From assembly GCA_041640595.1 (NCBI GenBank), contig JBEPZY010000007.1:178346-242345 (forward strand): a DNA stretch of 64,000 nt. Direction: 5' to 3'. Each line of letters starts with the position of its first letter. Within the stretch, counting starts at the first letter, position 1. Below the pieces are notes generated by a model. It saw nothing but the letters and a program-made list of their open reading frames with translations. It had not been told where the DNA came from and did no database searches. Made by a program: the position numbers and the translations under genes. This DNA comes from Gemmatales bacterium. Lineage in GTDB: Bacteria > Planctomycetota > Planctomycetia > Gemmatales > HRBIN36. This document shows positions 10,448-20,725 of this stretch, piece after piece.

Positions 10448-12868
10448 CTAGTTAACTCTGGCTTCCTCGACTTTCAAACCGAGGCTGGTGGCGCGTTCGC
10501 GTTCGGCCAGGAATTCCCAGGGTGTTCCGGGATGCTCTTTCAGAATGCGCTCCAATACTTTGTCCCGTTCGCGGGCCAGGTCGCGCGTTTCTTTCTGCTG
10601 CATCTTGTCGGAAGGGACGATTTTCCAGCCGTTATTCTTTTCGGGATTCTGGAGTGTGGGGTCTTTTCGAAGTTTGTTGCCGAGGACAAAATTGTACTCG
10701 CGGTACAAAGCTAGACGGCCCAGGTAGCGGGCATATACGAGGTCGAAATTGGCCTGCCAGCGTGGCGTTTCCTTTTCGTAAAACTCCGCGCGTACCTTGT
10801 CCAGCTTTTCCTTGAACTCAAACAATTCCTGATCCGCGGTCGCCAGGTTTTCCTGCTCGCGCAGAATCTCCTTGCGGAAAGCATCCACGTTAGGGTTGGC
10901 GACGAAACTCATTCGCAGACTGCGCTCGTGCTTGTCGAGAAGTGCCAGGGCGTCGAAGACCGCTTTCCGTAACGGTTTGTCGGCGAGGGTGGCCTTCAAA
11001 GAATCCAAATCCTGGTAGTCCGGCTTATATTTTGCGACGTCTTTTGCCCAGAACGGTGGCAGCATGGTGGCACGTAACGGCTTGCCTTTGGCCAGAGTGG
11101 CACCAACTTCCTGAAGGACCAAGTCCACGAACGCGGCTTCAACAGGTTTTTCCGGTAACGGAGCGAATTTGAGGGTAACTGCTGCTGGTAACGGATCATT
11201 AGGTGCCGGAGCAGGTCCAACACCTAACTTGCCAATCAATTTCGGTTCCTGTTCAGGGTAGCCGAGGCTTTTAATGTAGTGAGCTACATCACCGTTGATT
11301 CGCTTGGTAAGCCGCAACAGAGGCAAGTCCCATTCCGGAAACGGCTCAGCTTTTTCGAGGGCCTGGCGGTTACGCCGTCCTTGCAGATCAGGACCGGTAT
11401 AAGTGGCCTCAGTAAGCATGTGGAAGAAAACGCTTCCGACCAGTCCATAGCCGCCAAAGCTGTAGGAAAATTGTTTAGCTGAACAGCTGAGCCAGACGAG
11501 CACTCCTTCCGGTGGCTGAGCAATGGCTTTTTCGGCAGCAGGGTCGAGTGGCATTTCCTTTCCGCGTAACACTCCTTCTTGCGGGTCGAGATGTGCCACG
11601 TCGAGAATCAGAAGTTTGTGCCGGGCCTTACACTGGCCCAATTGCTGATACACCCAGTCCAGCGGAATGAGTTTTTCCGGTGGGCCATTGAGTTTTGCGT
11701 CAATCGGAGCGAGAAACACTTTGTCGTCAAGCACCAGCACATGCCCGACATAAGCAATCACAATGCTGTCCTGGGGTCGCGATTCTTCGAGGAAAAGTTT
11801 GAGCGTCTCTTCGATGCTGGCTTTGAGCGGAGGATTGGGATTCTTTTCCGCAACGTCGCTTAACTCGCCAATGCATTCATCGCGGAATCCCATATTGATG
11901 AGTCGCCGGCGGAAGGTGCGAAAGCCGAGCGGGTCGTATTCTGCTCGATCGGTTTTTTCATTCTCCTTTTGCATCAAAGCACCGGTGTTGACAGGGTTGA
12001 GGTAGAAGTAATTCTGGATGCCAATGAGCAGTGCCCGGCCATCGAAATCGCGTTTTCCAGGTTTGCCCGGTTTGGGACGGCGTTCACCGCCTCCGGAACC
12101 ATTAGCTGGAGCAGAGGTGGTCGCGGTGTTTTCGATTGGGCCACCTGGTGCTTGCCCATCGTCGCGCTCGTCATCGGCAGGCCTTTTCTCCGCCAGGGCC
12201 TGTTCGAACCGTGCCCGCCAGGTCGAAACCCAGGGTTGCAAGTAGGGCCAGCATGCCAGCAAAACGAGGCCCATCAGCAGGATAGTCATACAGACTACGC
12301 CGAACTTGATCCAGAACACGCGACGACGGTGCAATAAAAGTTCTTCATAGGTCGAAAGAGGCGGCGGAGCAGGCCGCGACTGCGCTTGGTATGGTGAGGG
12401 TGAGTTTGCAGGCTGGGCATATTGCGTCCCGGTCGCCGGAAATGGTGCCGGAGGCCACGCGCCACCCAGAAATGCTCCTGGGAAAGACGGGGCTGGCGTC
12501 GAAACTACCGGAGGCCGATCGGCTACCGGCACAGTGGCCGCACCGGTTACCACTGGGCCTTGCATACCCGCTGCGCTGGTACTTGCCTGGTCGGCAGCGG
12601 GAATGGGCGATGATAGCGGGCCGGGGACTCCGCCGTTGGGCGGTGAACAGTTCGTCAGGTTATTTCTTCCTTCAACCGGACCCCCAGGGACAGTTCCGCC
12701 GTTCGTCGGGGAACCGGCGGCAGGGGTGACTTGGCCAGTGGGAATCGGCACATTGGTTTCCCTGAACACCTGGAGACAGGTTTTGCACCGCAGTAGCAAT
12801 CCACGCCATTCCTGCGGAAACAGCAGCAAAGTTCGGCAATGCGGACAGGTCGCCTGGCATAGGCCCAT
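10448..12868 (-). CDS. membrane-anchored protein with zinc ribbon, Pro-rich linker and caspase-like (C14) domain
   Basis: CPHC...CKTC, Pro/Gly/Ala linker, TM helix, then RALLIGIQNY...AYVGH...LLILD; ATG 12868 preceded by GGAGG. Confidence 0.75.
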   Translation of the reverse strand: MGLCQATCPHCRTLLLFPQEWRGLLLRCKTCLQVFRETNVPIPTGQVTPAAGSPTNGGTVPGGPVEGRNNLTNCSPPNGGVPGPLSSPIPAADQASTSAAGMQGPVVTGAATVPVADRPPVVSTPAPSFPGAFLGGAWPPAPFPATGTQYAQPANSPSPYQAQSRPAPPPLSTYEELLLHRRRVFWIKFGVVCMTILLMGLVLLACWPYLQPWVSTWRARFEQALAEKRPADDERDDGQAPGGPIENTATTSAPANGSGGGERRPKPGKPGKRDFDGRALLIGIQNYFYLNPVNTGALMQKENEKTDRAEYDPLGFRTFRRRLINMGFRDECIGELSDVAEKNPNPPLKASIEETLKLFLEESRPQDSIVIAYVGHVLVLDDKVFLAPIDAKLNGPPEKLIPLDWVYQQLGQCKARHKLLILDVAHLDPQEGVLRGKEMPLDPAAEKAIAQPPEGVLVWLSCSAKQFSYSFGGYGLVGSVFFHMLTEATYTGPDLQGRRNRQALEKAEPFPEWDLPLLRLTKRINGDVAHYIKSLGYPEQEPKLIGKLGVGPAPAPNDPLPAAVTLKFAPLPEKPVEAAFVDLVLQEVGATLAKGKPLRATMLPPFWAKDVAKYKPDYQDLDSLKATLADKPLRKAVFDALALLDKHERSLRMSFVANPNVDAFRKEILREQENLATADQELFEFKEKLDKVRAEFYEKETPRWQANFDLVYARYLGRLALYREYNFVLGNKLRKDPTLQNPEKNNGWKIVPSDKMQQKETRDLARERDKVLERILKEHPGTPWEFLAERERATSLGLKVEEARVN

Positions 12869-13208
12869 GAGTGTTCCTCCGGTCTCCTTCCTATAGTTTA
12901 CGACGAAGGGTCTCACCAAACAGTTCCCAGGGGCGCCATCCAGTTCGTGTTTGCAATGGGCGGCATCGAAGCGTTTTTGAGGCCCGCTGTACATCCTTCC
13001 GGTTACTTTATCCGCCGGACTGGCAAGTTGCCGAGTGGGTCGGATTGAGAAATGGGCTGTTCGGGAGCGGGCCAATGTGGCGAAATCGCACTCTGCTCAT
13101 ACAATCACCGAAAAAGGTGCGGTGATCCGCGCCCTGACCGACCGCATTTTCTCATTGGAGACGTGTAGCCGGTTACGTGTGGAGAATCGACACGAGGAGG
13201 ACAGCACA

Positions 13209-14063
13209 GTGCGCACCGGTATGAATTTGCTGCTGTGGACGACTCATGTAACCGAGGAACACTTTCCTACGCTGGAACGCCTCAAGGCGGCAGGATTCGA
13301 TGGAGTAGAAATCCCGATCTTTGAGGGAGACGAAAAGCATTATCGTCGCCTCGGTCAGGAGTTGCAGCATTTGGGTTTAGGATGCACTGCGGTAACCGTA
13401 GTGGGTCCGGAAGCCAGCCCTGTCAGTGCTGATGCCTCTGTGCGAAAAGCTGCTGTCGAGAGGTTGCGCTGGGCAATCAGCATGGCTAAGGCCTGTGGCG
13501 CCGAGATCCTTTGCGGCCCGTTTCATTCGCCACTCGGTATATTCACAGGTACCGGGCCTACCGAAGACGAAAAACAGCGTGCTGCCGATGTTCTGCGTCA
13601 GGCTGCCGAGATAGCGGCGCAGGCGGGAATCAGACTGGCCATCGAATATCTGAACCGTTTCGAGTGTTACTTTCTAACGACGGCAGCAGATGCTCGCCAG
13701 CTGGTACAGCGTGTCAATCATTCTGCCTTTCGCATGATGTACGACACATTCCACGCCAACATCGAGGAAAAGAACATTCCCCAAACTATTCGCTCCATAT
13801 CCGACGTCATGATTCACGTTCACATCAGCGAAAATGACCGTGGCGTGCCCGGTAGTGGTCACGTTCACTGGGACGACACGTTCCGCACGTTACGGCAAAT
13901 CGGTTACGATGGCTGGCTTACCATTGAAGCCTTCGGTCGAGCACTACCGGCTCTGGCCGCGGCAACGAAAATCTGGCGGGATTTGTTCCGTTCGCCGGAA
14001 GAAGTCTATCAACAAGGACTGGCCTTTATCAAATCCATGTGGGCCAAATACGCTCCCGCATAA
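13209..14063 (+). CDS. sugar phosphate isomerase/epimerase (D-tagatose/D-psicose 3-epimerase-like TIM barrel)
   Basis: GFDGVEI, EYLNRFE, DTFHANIEE, HVHISENDRGVPGSGH, WLTIEAF; GTG start after GAGGAGG. Confidence 0.9.
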   Translation: MRTGMNLLLWTTHVTEEHFPTLERLKAAGFDGVEIPIFEGDEKHYRRLGQELQHLGLGCTAVTVVGPEASPVSADASVRKAAVERLRWAISMAKACGAEILCGPFHSPLGIFTGTGPTEDEKQRAADVLRQAAEIAAQAGIRLAIEYLNRFECYFLTTAADARQLVQRVNHSAFRMMYDTFHANIEEKNIPQTIRSISDVMIHVHISENDRGVPGSGHVHWDDTFRTLRQIGYDGWLTIEAFGRALPALAAATKIWRDLFRSPEEVYQQGLAFIKSMWAKYAPA

Positions 14064-14415
14064 GCTGGTCTGCTCAGCCTTTGCTCAGAACAAACCGCCA
14101 ACAGCCAGTCTCGATGGACGATACCCTGCCTGGATTGGCTTTCCGCCCAGTAGTTTGACGGCCAACGACACAGAATCGGCTTTACAGACATGAACCGCTG
14201 TCGAGAGGTGCAACCGACTTCGGTATAACTCATTAACACCGCGACTTTCAGCGTGCCAACGATCCAAAAGTTTCGGTATTACGTTGTATTACCACATCAG
14301 GGCGAACTATGATACGCCAAGGCTGACGTGAACAGCCAAACCCGCTTACAAAACGGTCAGGAAAGCCGGCTATTGGCCCTTCTGGACGATTATTTTCACG
14401 ATACTGGGCAGAACT

Positions 14416-15114
14416 TTAGCCAGGGGGTTTCTGGCTTGCGTCTTGGTTTTTGTGTAAAACCAAGTAGGTTAGTTGCTCTAGCTGAACTGTCAAATCTACG
14501 GAAACCAGGCTGACATGGTGGGGAACGTGGAGTACGGCAGGGGCGAAATTCAGAATACCACATATCCCGCTAGCCACAAGCTGATCGGCGACTTTCTGGG
14601 CCGCGTCAGCAGGCACGGAAATGATGGCCAGCTGTGCGTGGGTTTTTTGTATTGTTTCGGCTAGTTGATCCATGGGTAGCACGCGTAGGTTCTCGATAGT
14701 TTGCCCTACTTTGGACGGGTCATTGTCGAAAATGGCGACAAAGTGAAACCCTTGCTGGCGAAACCCGGCATAGCGAAGCAAGGCCCGCGCCAGGTTGCCC
14801 ACACCAACCAGCACGACTGGCCAGGTTCGATCCAGTCCAAGCACGCTGCGAATAACTTTAGCCAGATCGTCGGGACGGTAGCCAATGCCCGGCTGGCCAA
14901 GACTGCCGATGGCCACCAGGTCTTTCCGAACCTGAGCAGCACTCACGCCCAATGCGTTCGCCAGCTCCTGACTGCTCACCCGTTCTGTCTGACTTTTATC
15001 CAGTCCCTGGAGATAGCGCAGGTACCAGCTCAGCCGCAACACGGTCGCTCGCGGTAAGCGGGCGAGGCTCCGTATGCCGTCTTCCTTACGCTGGGAACCC
15101 TTTTGCTGGCTCAT
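14416..15114 (-). CDS. rex: redox-sensing transcriptional repressor Rex
   Basis: RLSWYLRYL, VSSQELA..AAQVRKDL, G.GY, LVGVGNLARAL, GILNFAP. Confidence 0.95.
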   Translation of the reverse strand: MSQQKGSQRKEDGIRSLARLPRATVLRLSWYLRYLQGLDKSQTERVSSQELANALGVSAAQVRKDLVAIGSLGQPGIGYRPDDLAKVIRSVLGLDRTWPVVLVGVGNLARALLRYAGFRQQGFHFVAIFDNDPSKVGQTIENLRVLPMDQLAETIQKTHAQLAIISVPADAAQKVADQLVASGICGILNFAPAVLHVPHHVSLVSVDLTVQLEQLTYLVLHKNQDASQKPPG

Positions 15115-15290
15115 GAGAGCAAGTTCGCCCTGGTTAGCTCCAAAGATTCACGTGTCTGCGCTGGTGCTACTGAGCAATGGTGAGCCACCTAATTTCTCGA
15201 TCAGTATCATGGTGCCTCAAGCGGTCAAAAGGTTCGGTTCAGAGGGCCATTGGTAAACAGGGCTGCAAAACAATTCGGAGGAATGCTTCT

Positions 15291-16454
15291 TCATCGCTCC
15301 AGAATTCCGGGTAGCTGAAATTCCATGCCCGAGACACGAACAACGATCACCGGCCAAGCCTCGACGCGCGTCAGAAGCTGTGGACCTTGGGAAGTAATGG
15401 TTACCGTCTCACCGGTCAAGGCGGGACCGACGCTCGGCATCCATACCAGCGTCCAGCCCACTTGCATTGCCGCTTCACTGTCAGGATAGATAGCCGTTTC
15501 TGCCGGTTCTCGGCCTGTAACGTATCCGATTGGAGCCGCGTGCCATTCGTGTTCCGCTCCAACCAGCGTGTAAATACGTCGTGCTGCTTGGAATACTTCG
15601 CGGACAATGGCATCCGGCCAAGTGGCTGCCGTGAGTGCCGCCAGGATTTTACTGGCACTGTGATGTGCCTGGCGCAGCACCTGGTCGGCAGCACCGAAGC
15701 ATACGGTACGGGTAGCAGTCACGTGCAGGCCATATTTCTTAGCAGTCGCGCTTACCACGCACCACTTCTCGATGGGGAGGGCCGTAAAGCCATGCCGCCG
15801 GTACTGCGAGGAACGTCCATCGGCACTGACCGAAATTTGCACCGGCCAGGCACCTCGCCGCAGTAAACGATGCGCCACCTGACCCGCTAGTTCACGCTCC
15901 GATTCCCGCGGTTGGAAGTTACGGCAGGAAGCCTCCACCGCGTGCACTACTACTTCCGCCAGTTGTCGGCAGCACGCTTGCTCGTAAGGGGTAAGACAAC
16001 GTCGGCGTTCCGCTAACCAGTCCGCAGCACTGGGCAGCTCTCCCCAGGGGCGATCACACGCCAGCCGCTTCGCCTGCGCCAAGGACCGCAACAAGTAATC
16101 CCGACGCCAGTCCCACGGCCATTCCTTCAACAAAAACCCCATTTCGTCCAGTTCTTCGTCGAACAAGCGTTGCGAGTCAGCGTTGCTGGCCAGCAACCAG
16201 CGCTGCGAGGGCGTGACGAACACCGCAGGGAGTTCCTCTGCCGAACATAATCCCCGGGTCGTAGCGCCACTGGTGAACCAGGCAACGTTCGCAGGTTCCA
16301 GAAGTAGCAGCCCTTCCCAGCCCTGTTCCTCCAGGTATTTCGCTATACGCTCGTGCTTGGCGTCTATATCGGCTCGACGGTCTTGATTCACGTTACGGCC
16401 TACTTCGTTCAACCCGACTTGGGTCTGGGATTCGATAACTGCCGCCGTGTCCAA
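15291..16454 (-). CDS. M24 (pita-bread fold, creatinase/Xaa-Pro peptidase-like) family protein
   Basis: N-terminal creatinase-like NVAWFTSG, then RELAGQV...YRRH...YGLHVTATRTVCFG. Confidence 0.75.
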   Translation of the reverse strand: MDTAAVIESQTQVGLNEVGRNVNQDRRADIDAKHERIAKYLEEQGWEGLLLLEPANVAWFTSGATTRGLCSAEELPAVFVTPSQRWLLASNADSQRLFDEELDEMGFLLKEWPWDWRRDYLLRSLAQAKRLACDRPWGELPSAADWLAERRRCLTPYEQACCRQLAEVVVHAVEASCRNFQPRESERELAGQVAHRLLRRGAWPVQISVSADGRSSQYRRHGFTALPIEKWCVVSATAKKYGLHVTATRTVCFGAADQVLRQAHHSASKILAALTAATWPDAIVREVFQAARRIYTLVGAEHEWHAAPIGYVTGREPAETAIYPDSEAAMQVGWTLVWMPSVGPALTGETVTITSQGPQLLTRVEAWPVIVVRVSGMEFQLPGILER

Positions 16455-16723
16455 GGCACCGCTCCTATGCTTACTTTACGCAGCAGTTCTGCGGAAGGCA
16501 TTGGCTCGACGCTGTCACGACCGTTAATCAATTAGCATACCGCCCTTGTGCATCCATGACCACAGATATTCACTTGTTACAGTAACTACTGTTGTCGGAC
16601 CTGTACTGCCGTGCGTTTTGTGCGCTGACCGGACGCAGCGAACAATGCAGCAGAATGGCAATCGGGATAAGACAAAACATTCAAAGACGCTTGGTTCATC
16701 CATTTTGATAGTGAAGCCGCAGT

Positions 16724-17086
16724 TCAGCCTTCTGCAGATTCCGTACTTTTATTTTGTTCCCATTGCACGGCGGCACTGTAGCGCTCCAGGGCGGTGTCCG
16801 GTTCCTGCGCTTGGCTAGCTGACTGCGAAAGCCTGGCGACGTATTTCCCGGACTCATCAAGTTCTGTTTCCTGGTCAACGGAGGAATTCAGTTCCAGAGT
16901 GTCGCTGACAGTGGCTCGATTTTCCATAACCCTGGGCAACCGGTGTGTGTGCCATACCGCTTCCCGGCTAGCTTCCGTCGGTAACGGACGCCAGACGGGC
17001 GGCCAGAGAGGAGGCCATATCGGTGGCCAAAGTGGCGGCAGGTACTTCTCCCACAACCTGTCGTTTTCGCTTCGTTTTACCTCCAT
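16724..17086 (-). CDS. hypothetical protein with (PPxW)4 repeat
   Basis: 120 aa; ATG preceded by GGAGGG; contains PPLWPPIWPPLWPPVW. Confidence 0.55.
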   Translation of the reverse strand: MEVKRSENDRLWEKYLPPLWPPIWPPLWPPVWRPLPTEASREAVWHTHRLPRVMENRATVSDTLELNSSVDQETELDESGKYVARLSQSASQAQEPDTALERYSAAVQWEQNKSTESAEG

Positions 17087-17303
17087 TGCTGTTCCCTCCC
17101 TGCCAGGGAGGCAGATTGGCGTTGAGCAACATGGTCTCCCACTAGCAGTATAGCTCGCACTCCGCTGCCAGGCAAATGAAATTTATCGAATGTATCGGTC
17201 GTGCGGTTTGGGGGAGTGGTTAGGTTCGCCCACTTGTTTCGTCCTATATACAATGACGCCCACACAATCGAAGCTGGCCTCACAGGCAAACAGGAGAAGA
17301 AAC

Positions 17304-17588
17304 ATGCGCCGATTCACCATGCTTAGTATCGCCTTCGCATCATTTTTGAGCGGCTGGCTTATAGCTCACTGCGTCTCTCCCGAGCTTTTCGGTCTCCAGA
17401 CCCGCCAGCCCAAGGACGCGCGTTTTTCTCACGGCCTGGTGCTCAAGGTTCGCAACGAGAAAGAAGCCGACTTCGGACCCGGCACCAAACGTTATGGCTT
17501 GGAAGTTTATTATGACGAGAACACCAACTGCTACATTTATATCTCCGAAACCGGTAGCATTTCAGTGGTTTCCGCGCAGTCACGTTGA
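17304..17588 (+). CDS. small exported hypothetical protein
   Basis: ATG after AGGAG; signal-peptide-like MRRFTMLSIAFASFLSGWLIA; beta-rich HGLVLKVR...YGLEVYYDENTNCYIYISETGSI module. Confidence 0.7.
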   Translation: MRRFTMLSIAFASFLSGWLIAHCVSPELFGLQTRQPKDARFSHGLVLKVRNEKEADFGPGTKRYGLEVYYDENTNCYIYISETGSISVVSAQSR

Positions 17589-17601
17589 AAATTCCATTTC
17601 T

Positions 17602-18513
17602 TCACGAAGTCAGCGTAAACCGTGGCAGGAGATCGCGTCGGCTGTCCAAGGCCTTCGCGGCTTCGTGTGCCGTAACAAATTTATAATTCCGTAAAAGCCG
17701 CTCCAATTTCTGTGGCATGCCTCCAATTCCAGTATAGGTACGCCAGCTCTTCCACCAACCCAGGGGTAACCTTGGCTGCTCGGTGTCAAATTCCCAAGGA
17801 TGAAAATAGAGCATGACGTAACTCCCTTGATTCAACAACTGCCGGATCCCGCTCTCACAAACCGTTTCCGGCCAAAACCGAAAATGGCCGCCTCCTCCGA
17901 TAGCTAAGCGTATAGGTCCTAACTGCAAAGTCGCTGGGGGTAACTCCAGCAGCTCCGCGTTCCCTGAAACAGCCACAAACGGAGTTCGCGGCGCCCGCGC
18001 CACCCCGTATCGGTCATGGATCACTGGATAAACCGAAGAATCGTAAGAAAATCCCAGGTCTCTCAAAAGGGCGATAACCCAGTTCGTCTCTTGTAAGATA
18101 CTGAAACTCGGGGCTCGGAATCCCCATACCGGTTCTCCGAGAACATCTTCTAAGACCCTCTTGTTTTGTTCAACATCTTGATAAGCTTCCTCCGGGCTCA
18201 TCTCGGTAAACAAACGATGGGACCAACTGTGGCAGGCTATTTCATGTCCATCGCGTCTTAGTGCCCGTACTAAATAAGGAAACCGCCAGGCTAGTTCACC
18301 AACCCAGAAAAAGGTAGCCTGTACATCGTATAGACCTAAAAGCCTTCTCAGCCATTTGACTTGGCAAAGCAAACGTTTCGCTAACTCCAGGCAATCGGAA
18401 GCAGTGAGCCGTACATGCCTCGCGGCCTGGATGTGATAGATAGCTTCTACGTCGAAACTAAGGATCACCCTTCCAGGTGGTGCGCTTCGTGAATCTGATA
18501 ATCGAGCGGTCAT
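17602..18513 (-). CDS. polysaccharide deacetylase (exosortase-A-system type, DUF3473 C-terminus)
   Basis: LSFDVE, ATFFWVG, HEIACHSWSH, GFRAPSFS, YDSSVYP, GGGGHFR, YFHPWEFD; ATGA overlap with the FemAB gene. Confidence 0.88.
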   Translation of the reverse strand: MTARLSDSRSAPPGRVILSFDVEAIYHIQAARHVRLTASDCLELAKRLLCQVKWLRRLLGLYDVQATFFWVGELAWRFPYLVRALRRDGHEIACHSWSHRLFTEMSPEEAYQDVEQNKRVLEDVLGEPVWGFRAPSFSILQETNWVIALLRDLGFSYDSSVYPVIHDRYGVARAPRTPFVAVSGNAELLELPPATLQLGPIRLAIGGGGHFRFWPETVCESGIRQLLNQGSYVMLYFHPWEFDTEQPRLPLGWWKSWRTYTGIGGMPQKLERLLRNYKFVTAHEAAKALDSRRDLLPRFTLTS

Positions 18514-19571
18514 ACAGGTATTCCTCGTACTAACCATGGCCCTAGCCACTTGGTCAGCGGTAAGGGAAGCCTCTGCCACCATTTAATCAAGCTTTGAAAG
18601 CGTGGGTGCTCTTTTGCCCACTGAGAAGGCTCCTTGCGTCGGGCATAATAGTACCACGTCAGGGGTTGCTCGTATGTGCCCCATTGCTTCTTGAAACGAT
18701 AAGAGCCACTCCCCGGAGTGCAACGTCCAAAATCGCAGATGTGGCTACCATGCTTGATGCTGTTCACCATGAGATGCCAGTACAGAAGCATGTTAGCACA
18801 AGTATCACGCGCATCAGGTAGGCTCGCGGCCAACGGAATCTCACTAATCCCATTTCCATGTAAAAGGACCCCTCCAGCTAGCACTTGTCGCTCCCGCAAG
18901 ACTAAGACAATCTCCATTCGCTCGCGAAAGTAGTGCCACATAGCCTCGAGGAAACTGAGCGGATAAACCGGCGTTCCTAAGTGTCGCATATTGACAGCGT
19001 ATACATTGTAAAATGGGCGAATCAACTCTTCCCCTCCTGTGCGAACAAACAATTGCATCTTATGTGCTTTCCGGACCTGGTTCCTCACTTTGGAATTAAG
19101 CTGCTTCCATAGCTGTTCTTCACTACGCGGCAACTCACGTATCATGAGCACCTTATGGCCTATCCGCTTAGCAAAGCCGCTATCTTCTCCTACCCCACCG
19201 CCGCGTAGCTCCAGATAGTCAACATCTAGCTCTTCGGATAGCTGTAGAGTTACTTGGATTAAACAACGCGATGCACTAACATCGCAAGCGTAAATGCCAC
19301 CCCAGTTTACGTATGGCATGCTTATTAGGAAGTTGCCCATAAAACTCCGGATATTCACCAGCGGCAAAACACCTACCAGGTTTTCATGTTCCCAGACCGT
19401 GATGTAATAAGACCTATGCCCAAGACAATGCGCTATAATATCACACCAATAGCGCGATTGTGTGACCCGCCAACCGCTTTTGCTTTTTTCATACTTTTCA
19501 AGTGCCACTAAACTCTCGCATTGATCAATGTACCGATATAAGCGCACAGCGCACATACAAAATCCCCGCAA
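18510..19571 (-). CDS. FemAB-like protein (XrtA/PEP-CTERM-system-associated type)
   Basis: GVLPLV...LISMPYVNWGG, KVRNQVRKA, NMRHLGTP, NMLLYW, DFGRC...FKKQWG, WQRLPLPL; exact start uncertain. Confidence 0.85.
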   Translation of the reverse strand: MRGFCMCAVRLYRYIDQCESLVALEKYEKSKSGWRVTQSRYWCDIIAHCLGHRSYYITVWEHENLVGVLPLVNIRSFMGNFLISMPYVNWGGIYACDVSASRCLIQVTLQLSEELDVDYLELRGGGVGEDSGFAKRIGHKVLMIRELPRSEEQLWKQLNSKVRNQVRKAHKMQLFVRTGGEELIRPFYNVYAVNMRHLGTPVYPLSFLEAMWHYFRERMEIVLVLRERQVLAGGVLLHGNGISEIPLAASLPDARDTCANMLLYWHLMVNSIKHGSHICDFGRCTPGSGSYRFKKQWGTYEQPLTWYYYARRKEPSQWAKEHPRFQSLIKWWQRLPLPLTKWLGPWLVRGIPV

Positions 19572-19577
19572 GGCAGG

Positions 19578-20711
19578 CTAACCGCGGGCTTTGGCGATGA
19601 GCCTGTCGTAATCGGCCGCAAGTAGTTGCATCCTTCTGTCAAAGCTAAACTCCCGTGCCACTCTTGCTCTTGCCGACTTAACCATTTTGTCTCGGATTGT
19701 TCGGTCGTCAAGAATCTGACGTACAGCCTGAACAATAGCTGAAACGTCATTACATGGTACTAACATTCCATCTTCACAATGTCTTATCATGTTAGGAATC
19801 GCTCCTACCTTAGTGGCTATTACGGGTACCTCCATAGCCATTGCCTCTAGAATGCTATTGGGCATGCCCTCCCGTAGGCTGGTACATAGATAAACATCCA
19901 TGCATTCGAGCCACGGACGTACATCATGTTGGTATCCGGCAAAATAGACTCGTTGTGTTAAGCCATGATGGCGGGCCTCACTTTCCAGGGAAGCCCTCAA
20001 GGGTCCTTCGCCTACAAATAAACAATAAATTGGATAGCCCTGCAACAATAATTGTGCCGCTGTTTTAAGTACAACATCCAGATTCTTTTCTTTAGCCAGT
20101 CGAGCTACGGTACCAATCCATATTCCACGAGCTTCGAGTCCTAATTCTTTTCGCGCATCGAAAGGTTCGCGCGATCGCTTATAGATGCCAACATCAATGC
20201 CGTTAGGTAGATAGCGCAGTGCTTGCGGTGAGACTCTGCATCGCTTGGCTTCGTGATATAGTTGCGGTGATACACAATAAATGCGATCATACACACTGAG
20301 AGAAGCTTTTTCCAAACAATAGTAAATGTCGAGTTTCTTGTTTCTGTCAACCCAGCCGTGCAGGGTGCCGGCCCTAACCATAGTAGAAAGGCGTCCTAAT
20401 AATGCTCCAAGGACGTGGCTCTTATAGTCGTGGGCGTGGTAAATGTGGGGGCGAATATGCCTGATGATTTTTTTCAACTGCGCGACGACGCGAAGGTCAA
20501 ACGGTCCGCAGTCCGGAATCACTGCCACCTCGACCCCTCGCTCCCGCATTTCTTGAAGGCGACGATAGGCATCGGTATCAGCAGGATCGCAGAGATAGGC
20601 GCACACCATGTGGTAGTCGTAGCGTTTGAGGTGATGATAGGAGAGGGTTAATGTTTTCTCAGGCCCTCCCCCAGTTCCGCGTAGCACCCTTACATCCAAG
20701 ACCACACGCAT
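19578..20711 (-). CDS. glycosyltransferase family 4
   Basis: GGGPEK, HAHDYKS, PNGID, ARLAKEK, SLREGMPNSILEAMA. Confidence 0.92.
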   Translation of the reverse strand: MRVVLDVRVLRGTGGGPEKTLTLSYHHLKRYDYHMVCAYLCDPADTDAYRRLQEMRERGVEVAVIPDCGPFDLRVVAQLKKIIRHIRPHIYHAHDYKSHVLGALLGRLSTMVRAGTLHGWVDRNKKLDIYYCLEKASLSVYDRIYCVSPQLYHEAKRCRVSPQALRYLPNGIDVGIYKRSREPFDARKELGLEARGIWIGTVARLAKEKNLDVVLKTAAQLLLQGYPIYCLFVGEGPLRASLESEARHHGLTQRVYFAGYQHDVRPWLECMDVYLCTSLREGMPNSILEAMAMEVPVIATKVGAIPNMIRHCEDGMLVPCNDVSAIVQAVRQILDDRTIRDKMVKSARARVAREFSFDRRMQLLAADYDRLIAKARG

Positions 20712-20725
20712 GGGCAGGAGATCTT

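Noticed and set aside
14064..15290. Rex operator (TTGTGAA-N4-TTCACAA) around rex
   Set aside because: No convincing palindrome seen here or upstream of nrfHA
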